From Diplonema japonicum (taxonomy: Eukaryota > Protista > Euglenozoa: Diplonemea): a stretch of DNA of 64,000 bases. Where the stretch lies: assembly GCA_964019335.1 (NCBI GenBank), contig OZ025711.1, positions 439,023 through 503,022 on the forward strand, read 5' to 3'. How positions within the stretch are numbered: the first letter of the stretch is position 1; each line of letters opens with the position of its first letter. Positions 54,496 through 64,000 of this stretch are shown piece by piece. Under the pieces are notes generated by a model, which was given only the letters and a program-made list of their open reading frames with translations, was not told the DNA's origin and made no database searches. Made by a program: the position numbers and the translations under genes.

Positions 54496-57087
54496 TCATG
54501 TGGACAAAACACGTTCCCTGCGGAGGCGTAGCTCCCTCTCCACTAGGGTCTCGGGTGTGCCCGTTACTTGTTGCAGGGTGAGGGCGTAGAAGTCAGCGTC
54601 GGGGCTGGGATACGCACTAGTGACAGATTGCTTCGCCGCCTGTACTCGGGCAGCTTGGGCTTGGTGAAGGGATTCGGGCCGGGGACGATGCGGAGTCCGA
54701 GGCGTTCGAGGGGGTGACGGAGAAGCCAGTCTTGTAGGGTAAGTCTTCATGGGTGAGCGCCTCGTAGGCTTGGGCGGGGTATGGTATAAATCCTCACTCT
54801 CCGTTTTCGAAACTTTCCGCTTTTCATACAAAAATCGCAGCTCGGCAGTAGACTTTGAGAAATGACCCTGCTGGTCGGTGTTCTTAGACCGACGGGGTTG
54901 AACAGTGGTGTTTCTATTCTTCTTGGCACGTTCCCTCTCCTTCTTCTTCTCTTGCGAACGAACCTCACGAAGCTTTGCAGCCATTGAGTACTTGTTGGTG
55001 TGCATCTGTTCGTAAACAGTGTACCCGGCCATCAGGCGGTCACGGTCTTCACATGTTGCGCATATTTTTTCGCTTAAAAACGCAATCCATCTTCTGAATG
55101 CGATTTTCAAGTGTTCTTCAGACGATCTTGTGGTGAGGATGCGTTCGCTTTCCTGTTGTCTGGCGGTGATGCATTCGTCGGTTTCAATAAGTTTTAAATC
55201 GCCTCGTATGCTGTCCTGCTCCTCCATGGTGCGCCACCTCGCACACCTCTCCAAGTGGTTCAGCTCCGGGTCGATGTTTTCTTCCAAGTCCGACACGATT
55301 CTCTCCGCAAAAGGATTGAGCTCAGGGCATTCATCCCCGAAGCTTTCCTGTAGGACCTTTACAAGCTCGGGTTCCCTTCCTTCCCATTCCTCCAGTACCG
55401 CTGGTATGTTGCAGTATTCGTAAGGTTTGTGTTGCATGTAGTAGTACTTGATGAGCCGCACCTCTTCCGAATCTTGTTTTGGTTTTTTGGAAGGGTCGGC
55501 GGGTTCTTCCCCGTACTTCTTGACGAGTGCCTCGAAGAGTTCTTCTTCGTGTCCTTCGTATTTCTTCAGAGTTTCCCCAGCGGATGGAATCTTGTCCTTG
55601 TTGTACTTCTCGTAGAATCGTACAAGCCGTTCTTTGAACGGGTTCGCCTCCTTGAATTTATGCGGTTCCTCACCGCCGTACTGTTCCAGAAGGGTTTTGA
55701 CGAATGCTTCTTCCGCACCATGGTGGTCCTTCAGGTTTTTTTCAACGTTCCCAAGCTGCACCGCGTCATGCATGCAGTACAGGTTCACAACACGATGCCT
55801 GTAGTTGTTTCTGTTCGGCTGTACGTCCAGCGCGTCCGGGCCGTACTTTTCCTTCAAGGCGCTGTACAGATCTGTTTCCTTTCCCTTGTACTTATTCAGC
55901 AGGCTTGGGACACTGTCCATCTTATTAGGGTTGTATTGATAATACATTCTGTGGATCTTGCCCGCGGTGGTGATTTTTGAAGGGCGTTCCTCTTCCTGTG
56001 TGGGTTCGGGGCCGTATTTTGATTCGAGGAGGGACAGCAATGCTTGTTCTCTGCCGGCATATTCAATGAGCTTCTTGTTGATCACATCGCGTTTCAGGCC
56101 TGTTTTGTGGTGGTCCGTCAAGCGGAGTACGCGTTCGGTCCAGTAAGGTTCGGGTCCGTACTTTGCGACGATTTGTTTCCACAGTTCGGGTTCGTTTCCA
56201 CGGTATTTTTCGACGAGGTTTTTCGCGTTGCCTGCTTTTTGCGGATCATAGATTGTGTAGTAGTCTCGAATCCGTTTCTCCCAGTCCTTCTCGGGAGGCT
56301 TTTCACCAAGCACTTTGACTTGCTTTGTGTTTTCCGGTTCCGGCCCGTACCTCGCGACCATTGCCTCCATCAGAACAGGTTCCTGCCCTTTATATTTCTC
56401 GAGGAGTGCATCTTCCTTCCCGAGCTTTTCAGGGCAATACGCTTTATAGAATGCTGTGAGACGTTCTTTGAAGGTGAGCGTGGGAGCTTCCGTTGCAGAA
56501 CCGTATTTTTTCTGAATCGCGGCGATGAGATCTTTCCCGGGAACTGATTTAAACTTTGCTAGCAGAATGGCATCGATATCCACTGATTTGGATGCTGGGT
56601 TGGTCGATGATGTGATTACTTGAAACAGTGCTTCGCGTATTTTGAAAAAATTCGTTTCGTATTTTCTGTGCAGGCTTGCGTGGAGGTCGGGCAACCGTGC
56701 AGCGTGGTCCTTGGCGAGCTGTTCTGCTTTTCCCACGTTTTGTGGATTGAAAATTTTGAAGAAAACCTCTAAACCCGACTTAGCGCCGTTCTGCTGGCCG
56801 GCGCCGTACTTCCTTTGCAGTATTGTGACCAGCTCCATCTCCTTTTTCGCGTATTTTTCCAGCAGAGCGTCTATGTTGCGGGCTTTGTCAGGATCGTGTT
56901 TTTTCAAGATGTCCAGAGCCTTCTCGTGCGCCTTGAAGAACTCTGTGTTATATTTTTTCTCGAGACCTTGTTTCATCGAATCCTCCTTCCCATTGTATTT
57001 TTCAAGAAGAGCCTGCGACGCGCTAACTTTCTGAGGGTCGTACACACGGAAAAACGCTTCTAGTAGGCTGGCCATTGTGTTCGGCAT
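54496..57087 (-). CDS. Tandem helical-repeat protein (~11 FYxxYxPxK..LLEKYKGxE..LxxKYGPEP units)
   Basis: Repeats of about 45 aa are directly visible in the translation, followed by a coiled coil and a P/R/S-rich tail. Confidence 0.85.
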   Translation of the reverse strand: MPNTMASLLEAFFRVYDPQKVSASQALLEKYNGKEDSMKQGLEKKYNTEFFKAHEKALDILKKHDPDKARNIDALLEKYAKKEMELVTILQRKYGAGQQNGAKSGLEVFFKIFNPQNVGKAEQLAKDHAARLPDLHASLHRKYETNFFKIREALFQVITSSTNPASKSVDIDAILLAKFKSVPGKDLIAAIQKKYGSATEAPTLTFKERLTAFYKAYCPEKLGKEDALLEKYKGQEPVLMEAMVARYGPEPENTKQVKVLGEKPPEKDWEKRIRDYYTIYDPQKAGNAKNLVEKYRGNEPELWKQIVAKYGPEPYWTERVLRLTDHHKTGLKRDVINKKLIEYAGREQALLSLLESKYGPEPTQEEERPSKITTAGKIHRMYYQYNPNKMDSVPSLLNKYKGKETDLYSALKEKYGPDALDVQPNRNNYRHRVVNLYCMHDAVQLGNVEKNLKDHHGAEEAFVKTLLEQYGGEEPHKFKEANPFKERLVRFYEKYNKDKIPSAGETLKKYEGHEEELFEALVKKYGEEPADPSKKPKQDSEEVRLIKYYYMQHKPYEYCNIPAVLEEWEGREPELVKVLQESFGDECPELNPFAERIVSDLEENIDPELNHLERCARWRTMEEQDSIRGDLKLIETDECITARQQESERILTTRSSEEHLKIAFRRWIAFLSEKICATCEDRDRLMAGYTVYEQMHTNKYSMAAKLREVRSQEKKKERERAKKNRNTTVQPRRSKNTDQQGHFSKSTAELRFLYEKRKVSKTESEDLYHTPPKPTRRSPMKTYPTRLASPSPPRTPRTPHRPRPESLHQAQAARVQAAKQSVTSAYPSPDADFYALTLQQVTGTPETLVERELRLRRERVLST

Positions 57088-58809
57088 TTTTTTTTTTTTT
57101 TTTCTCTAAAAGTTTGTTTTCATTTGAGGATTTCTTTTTCTTTATCCTTCCCCCACCCCCTTTTTTTTGTTAATACTGCGTTTTCCTCTCGAAGTGAATT
57201 TAAAAAAAAAAAAAAAAAAAAAAAGGAAAAAGAAAAGGAATATAATTTGGGGAAAGGTGAGGGTGGGGGGGGTATTTTTTTTTCTTCCTCTCTTTTTTTT
57301 TGCTGGGGATTGGTGGTAGTACTGAATGGAATGGAGAAAAAAAGGGGGGGGGGGAAAGCAAGATAAACCAACAGAACACGGGGCAACTTAAAGTTTTAAC
57401 TTTTACATCAGCGCGTAAAGGTAAACTTAAAGAAACCCTGTCCTGTTGCTGTCTCAAAAAACAGAAAAAACGAAAAGAAAGGAAAGAGAGAAAAAAAAAA
57501 AAAAAAAAAAAAAAGAAAAAAAAAACAATCTTTTGAGCACTGATACAGAGATAACGGAAGGAAAAAAAGAAAAAAGAAAAGAAAAACCTCTTTCTATTTT
57601 TTTTTTTTTTTTTTTTTCAAATCCACTTCCTCCCCTCCTTCTATTTTTTTTCTTAAGAAAACAGAGGACAGGAAAAAGGTGAAAAATAAGGGGGAAGAAG
57701 GGGCGAAAAAATAGGAAAAGTGTGAGAGAGGGAGAAAGAGAAGAGAGAGAGAGAGAGAGCATTTTTTTTTTAAACCCAAATGTATGCATTTTCCCCCCTT
57801 GCTACTCCCCCCCTCCCTTACTCTCTTCACCTAAAACCGAAAAGAGAGAAAAATATATATAACCCCACCCCACCCCCAACAAAAAAATAAAGGAAAAAAC
57901 ATATAGAAAAAAAAAAAGAGGTTTTTTCGTGTAAAAAAAAAAAAAAAAAAATGAAAAGGCCGAAATCAGGGGGAGAGAGGTGGCGAAGCAGAAAAAAAGA
58001 AGAAGAAAAAAAGCAAACCAAAAGAAGAAGAAAAAATCCAAAGAAGCCTTTTCTATTTATCGTTGCAGCAACCCTGGGGTGGGGAGGGGGGGGTAGGGTG
58101 GCTCTGCTATTGAGTATGCTGCCTTAAGAACCAACAGCGTTGTGTGACGAGAACGGAAAGAGGAAGGGAAAAAAAAAAAAAAAGTTGGTACCGCAGAGAA
58201 GTGGGGAAAAGAGAGGGGATAGAGAGGTAAAAAGGAAAAGAGAAAAAAAAAAAAGAAAAAAAAAAACAAATACAGTACATTTTCGCCTACACACTGCTTG
58301 CATATTACTAGCATATTACACCCCCCTCTTTTTTTCCGTCTTATATTCTTGGTATTTACAAATCAGCCAAGGCAAAAGGACTATGGGAGTTATCCGATGG
58401 GGGTCATCCCCCCCTTTTTTTTTCTTCCCAGAAGAATCTCCCAAGTGATGCGCGCAAAGAAAAAAAAAGGCACAGGTGGGTTATAGTAATAAATATGTAA
58501 ATAATAATAATAATAATAAAAAGTTGGCGAGTTGGTTTTTTTTTCATTTACAATTTTTTTTTTTTTTTTTTTTTTTTTTTAATGGTATGTTTCCTTGTCA
58601 AGCTATACAAAAAAAAAGAGGAAAAAAAAAGTAAAAAAAGAAAACAGTAAGTAGCGGCCCAAAGCGCAATGCTTTTTTTTTTTTTTTTTTTGCCTCCCAA
58701 TGGTCACTATTTTTGTCCAGGCTTTTTTGACCTGCTGCGACCCAATGGGGAAAAAAAAGGGGGCATCGGGGGGAGAAAATAAAATACGGAAAAAAAAAAA
58801 AAAAAAAGG

Positions 58810-58844
<35 letters not shown>

Positions 58845-60246
58845 ACGTTGTGGTGGGAACTGTACTGGACGGGAGAAAAAAAAAAGAAAAAAAAAATGTC
58901 CCTTGTCACCACTGTTGTACTCGGCGTTGGTAGGACTCAAAAAAAAAAAAAAAAAAAAAAAAAACTGTTGTTTGCTCTCTCTTTTTTTTTTTGTAATTCT
59001 TTTTTTTTTTCTTCCCCCTTCTTTCTTTCATCCCGCAAATCGGGAAAAAAAAAAAATTAGTAATAATTCGCATTACGTAGCAGAAGGGGGGAGGTTCTTT
59101 TTCTTGTTCTTTTTTTTTTTAATTCTCTCATTCCCTCCTGTGATGGCAACAGGGAGAAGAAAAGAAGAGAAATAAAAAAAGAGAAATAAATAAAACAAAA
59201 TAAAAAACCACCACCCATTTTAAGGTTTTCTTCTTCTTCTTTTTTCTTTTTTGCAAGAATGAATACCGTATCTTTGGAATTTTTTAAAAAAAAAAAAAGA
59301 AAAAAAAATCACATGTCGTATTTTGGGCAACACTCTCCTCTCTCCCCTTTAGGTATTTGTTTTTTACGAGCGAACAGCAAAAGGACCGGTCAGATTAACT
59401 AATCATTAAAAACCCAGTCCTTTCCCCCCCCCCTTTTTTTTTCTCTCTCCAAGTACTTTCATTAAGAAGCACCCCCTCCCCCCCTCTTCTTGCTTCGTTT
59501 TTGACCCCTCCCCATTTTTCTCCCCTTCCCCTTAAACCTTTTTGTCATTACGGCAGTAGTGCAAAAAAGAGAAGGAGTTCAAGCAAAAAAAAAAAAAAAA
59601 AAAAAAATGAGGAGGTTGTTGTGAGCATTCTTAGCAAAAAGAAGGCAAAACAAGGGAGAACATTTGGGGAAAAAGAAAATATCTTTTCGTTTTTTTTTTT
59701 TTTTTTTTTTTTTTTTGAAGAAATTACCATCTTTCCTTCCCCCTTTTTTTCTTTTTCTTCTCTCTGGCACACTATTGAAAGAAGGGAGAGAAGAAAAAAA
59801 AAAAAAAAAAAAGAAGAAGAGGAACTGGCCATTACTTTGTTTTGAGTAGAAAGTCTTTACCCGAAACACATGGCCAATGAAATCGGGCTTTTTCTTTTTC
59901 ATAAAAAAAGAAAAAAGAGATAAAAAAGCTCGGCACACTCTTTTTTTTTCTCTTTCTTCCTGCCTGTTCACCTTTTTTTCCCCTCTCTCGCCTCCCAATT
60001 TGTGAAAGCGGGGGGGACGGCTTGAGTTCAGAGAAAAAAAAAAAGAAAAAAGAGAAAAAAAAAAAAAAAAGAGGGATGGGGGGAAAGGTCACACGGAAAA
60101 GGGACGGGAATAAAAAAAAAAAATAAAAAAAAAAGACCTAACCTGACTCAAAAAAAAAAAGAAGAGGGGGATTGTTGAAAAGGAAAGAAATACAATACAA
60201 TTAACATGGAAGAAGAAAAGAAAACGAGATGGGTGGGGGGGGATTG

Positions 60247-60284
<38 letters not shown>

Positions 60285-60394
60285 CACCCCGATTTGCCAG
60301 GTGTCCCCTGCAGCCAATCCAGGTAGTACACCATTGAAAAAAAAAAGAAAAAAAAAAAAAAAGTGCAGTTCTACTATTTTTTTTTTTTTCCCTT

Positions 60395-60599
60395 TCATTT
60401 CAAATTCGAGACGAAAGTGCAGAACATCCTGTGGAACACCCAGTCTTGCCTTTGACACTCCGGACCGCAGTACGTCGCAATCTTGCAACACGCACACACC
60501 TTCAACTCCTTTATATTTTTCTCCTTGTGCCCACACCCAAGACAGTGCACCTTATAACGAAAACGGATCATCCGAATCAACTGACGCGCCTTTGTTTTT

Positions 60600-60640
<41 letters not shown>

Positions 60641-60776
60641 CCTTCTCCCCCCTCCCACACAAACCTTCACACACAAATCTTTACAGTTTATCTCCGCCAG
60701 GTACCCAACAAGGTAAAGCAAGCTGCATCGAAGGTTTCCAATCGCTGCGGGAAAAAAAAAAAAAAAAGAAAGATGC

Positions 60777-60815
<39 letters not shown>

Positions 60816-61769
60816 TGTTACAAAACTCGAGCTAAATTGTTGAGGACATGGTCCCGCAACAATTAGAGAAGAGCACGCCTCCATGGCTTTACTGACGACG
60901 GAGGCGAACTGCTTGCTAGGAGCGGAGGGGGATTGCGGTGCCTCTGGCACATTGGGCTTCTTGGCCCCCCTGATAACATCCAACTGCGACGCACACTTTA
61001 CAGTATGGTTCAAGAGCTCCGTAAGCGTGTCTATAAACTTCGATTGGGGGTGCCCGGGGCTCCTCTCCACCACAGAACCCCGTAAACAGTGCGAAATAAC
61101 CGCAGCAGTTCGTTCCATATAAGAAAGGTAGATTAAATTAGTCACAGACGCTACCATTTTTTCCCTCGGTAGGTCTTTGTCCAATATAAGACCGATATCC
61201 TCCCTTGTAGAAGGCGCTGCTGGTAATGGAGCCACGTCTGCCTCAAAAATACCCGACAAATGCGTTGTTAACAAGCTTTGATTGTACGATTCGTGTGCTG
61301 TAGCCCAAGATGATATTAAAGACAAACCGTATTGTTGAACCTCTTCAGGTCCCCAGAGGAGTGTGATGGATTTCAGTGTGTAATAACATGAAGATGGAAG
61401 GGATAAGGGAAGGTTGCGGTCCAGCAGGAAGGCGGTGGCGACGTGGGTGTTCATGGATTTCGAGGAGAGCGACAGGCTGAGAAGGGAATCAACATCACAG
61501 TAGAAACAGATTAGGTGGATGAGCTCTTCCGGGACGTTGCCCAGCACCACTGAACCTTCGCTTGTTCCATGCCACAGTACCTCTTGGAGTCCTTTACTGT
61601 TGTAGGTAAACTCTTCTTCTTCGGTTTCCGAGAACACCCTAGTCAGAAACTCGGTCCCCGCGGGTGGGCTCTCCGCCTCTACTAGTGTCTCGCAACACCT
61701 TCCCTCTCCCCTTGGTGTCAGCATGCTGGTGAGCTCCGGTTCTCCCCGTTCTCTTTCGTTGGCTAGCAT
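60395..61769 (-). CDS. F-box and MYND zinc-finger protein, three exons
   Basis: F-box VPEELIHLICFYCDVDSLLSLSLSSK. Introns 60745-60814 and 60590-60664 join it in frame to the MYND finger CLGCG..CACCKIATYCGPECQRQDWVFHRMFC. Confidence 0.85.
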
Positions 61770-61853
61770 TCTTCTTCTTTTTTTTTTTTTTTTTTTTTTT
61801 CTTCCTCCACCTCCTGGTTTTTTTTTTTTTTTTTTAATTTTTTTTTTATATAT

Positions 61854-62750
61854 GAGCTCGTCCGGACGGAAATGTCAACACTTTTATGGGCACCTCCGAA
61901 AATTTCTTGTTTTGATTATTTGAGCAAAAAAAGGGCAGCATGCAACCATAGGAAGATGACATACATGGTGTACATGACGCCGTTCTTTCAATTGCGATGC
62001 TTGTTTTGCCATGAGGGTGGCAGGCTTTGCAACCGGCTGCCCCCGGGAAGCGAAAAATAGAGGTCAGAACGGCGAAAAATGTTTATAATGCAATTTTATT
62101 GCTTAAAATGCAGCATCTAGGGTGCATAAAATTGGTGCTCAAGCGCACTTGTGACCCCGGGTACAACCCAGGGTCGGGTTACTGTTAAAAGTACTTAGCG
62201 AAAAATATATGGCGCCGCATAGCCCCCGAAAATCCGGTTTTTTACACCCTATTTTTTGGCTTTTTTAAGGGGTTCCTAAGGGATTTTGGCCTTTTTCAGA
62301 AAAACCAATTCTTAACACTTGCCTGCTCATGCAGAGCTTCGACATTGGTATCTTTGGGGTCAAACTTTCATTCTCTACCCGCTGAGGTATTTCCTTTTCT
62401 TTTGCACTCATAATACTTTAAAAGTGAAAAATTTGCTTTTTTAAGGGGTTTTAAAGGGATTTTAGCCCTAAATAGGCCAAAATGGCACTTTAAGGGTAAG
62501 TTCTCCCCACCCCATTTTAATAGTGATTTAGAGTCCAGCCCACCCAAAATGACCCCAAAGGTTTCACAGATTTTCAATCTGCGTCCATTCCTCCTGTCGC
62601 TTTTCACGGAAAAACGAAATAAAAAATGGAGTCTGGGTTATTTGTAACTTCCAAATTGAATCGTTTGCCAAAAACCATTCTAAAAAACATGTTTTTGCAC
62701 GTGCGTTTTAAAAATAAAACAAACGGCGAGCATTAAATGCAAGAAACCCC
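61854..62750. mobile_element. End of a longer DNA transposon related to the 18416-18677 MITE (right boundary uncertain)
   Basis: Begins ATAT|GAGCTCGTCCGG..AAATGTCAACAC, the same terminus as the MITE. 61957-62057 matches MITE internal sequence. Homopolymer-poor, with an internal direct repeat near 62260 and 62437. Confidence 0.6.
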
Positions 62751-62809
62751 CCCCCAATTTTTAATTTTTGGACCACATTACTACCCCCCCTACCGGCAAC
62801 GAAACGCTC

Positions 62810-62843
<34 letters not shown>

Positions 62844-62953
62844 CAGTGTTAAAAAAAAAAACTATGTTAAGAGGAACGCCAGCCATCACTTTAAGAAAAA
62901 AAAATTTGATAAATTTCGGTGTGCGGGTGGGTGCTCACCGTTCAGGGAGAAAT

Positions 62954-64000
62954 TCACACTAATCGGTCACCGTTCTGCGGTTGCTGTCTGGTGCCTGCGG
63001 TGGCTGTTTGTCGCGATGAGATGGACGGCATCTGGGCGAGAAACATTGCTTGGAGTCGTGCTAGGTAGGGGGCGGTTTGGCTCGAGGAGAAGAGTGGTCT
63101 CCTGTCGTAGCCGTGTGTCGTCGGGCCCCCAAGATGTCGAAGGGTGTGTACCCTTGTCTTTGCGTTGGCGGGGAAAGCATTCTTCCCACTCTTTGCTGTG
63201 CATTTCTGAATACGTCCTAAGATGTATCGCATCCTTCCAGCCTTCTCTGTGAGCCAGTCCTGGTCGTCGAGGGGTCCAGCCAAGGACTGCCGGGTGGCCT
63301 GCTCATAGTCTACTGCGAGCTCCATCGTCGTGACGGACGTCAACTTCCTACCTGCGTACCATCTTAGGCTTTTCAGCCACCTGAGGACGCTCTTCATGTA
63401 GAACATTAGGACCTTTCCCGACGCTCCGTTCGATTTCAACAGCTCCACTGTGGGCACAGTGTGCTGCTTCCCCGTTGTGATCTCATCCCACGGGTTGGTG
63501 GTGAGGATTCTGGTGCTCCGTTCAGCCGCTCTGGCGTCTCGTCTTGACACGACATCCAACAGGTATCGTTGCACGACTGCCGCCTGTTGCTTCGCAGCCC
63601 CCGTTGCGCCCCTTGGAATGATCCCGTGGAGGGCGGTCACTGCAGGTAGGTCACTTCGTGTCATCCCGCCATATCTTTCGTTTGTCAGGGCAGCTCTCGC
63701 TGGTGCACATTCCCATAGGGCGTGCTCCGTGACTTCTGTCGTCGTCTGGCATCGATGGTCGCAGACGTCGCACGCAAGAGACGAGCTTTCCACACCCTCA
63801 CGTTCATCCAATTGCTTCCCCCACACTCGAGGGTGTACCGTGAACACTGCACCGCTGATGATCCGCCGCAGTCTGTACGATATCAGCGGTCTCCGTGACT
63901 GGAGCTTCCTCCACCAGGCGTTCGTGGACGGACATGCACCCGCTTCCATTCCAGCAAAAGACGACCTGCCGTGGATCAATTCCTTTGCAACAGCCGGTCT
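62954..64000 (-). mobile_element. Non-LTR retrotransposon ORF, C-terminal part (zf-RVT-like), open at window end
   Basis: CDVCDHRCQTTTEVTEHALWEC is the Cys/His knuckle typical of the post-RT region of non-LTR elements, preceded by LRRIISGAVFT. GC-rich, and the frame stays open to 64000. Confidence 0.7.

Noticed and set aside
57120-60334. Numerous short poly-Lys/poly-Phe ORFs, also at 2.5-3.5, 18-19, 22, 25 and 33-39 kb
   Set aside because: They are translations of intergenic homopolymer runs, which lack stop codons by composition. No domain signal.

Overview
Eukaryotic nuclear DNA, most likely a euglenozoan protist of diplonemid type. This is inferred from euglenozoan-like ribosomal proteins, about 27 tightly packed genes all on the minus strand, and frequent tiny GT-AG introns. 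Non-coding DNA is dominated by homopolymer runs, so most short poly-K/poly-F ORFs in the track are spurious. Genes include an axonemal dynein heavy chain (5' part), a P4-ATPase, an alpha/beta hydrolase, an AIR9-like Ig-repeat protein, a large FAD-oxidase/methyltransferase fusion, an ankyrin-kinase-ankyrin protein, a degenerate PhoD-like protein, two RPL27A copies, a BIG/Sec7 ARF-GEF, RPL3, an ataxin-10-domain protein, argininosuccinate lyase, a CCCH protein, a bacterial-type GST, TANGO6/Rtp1, a NIF phosphatase, V-ATPase subunit e, tRNA-Pro(AGG) and two F-box proteins, plus transposon remnants. The highlight is a tandem pair of GILT thiol reductases that each carry an in-frame TGA at the catalytic Cys (UxxC, probably selenocysteine). 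Each is followed by a near-identical ~185-nt hairpin with a SECIS-type UGAN/NGAN quartet but an unusually long (~105 nt) apical arm. Also notable are 35-84 nt introns, many with a poly(A) tract where a polypyrimidine tract is expected, clustered at gene 3' ends.
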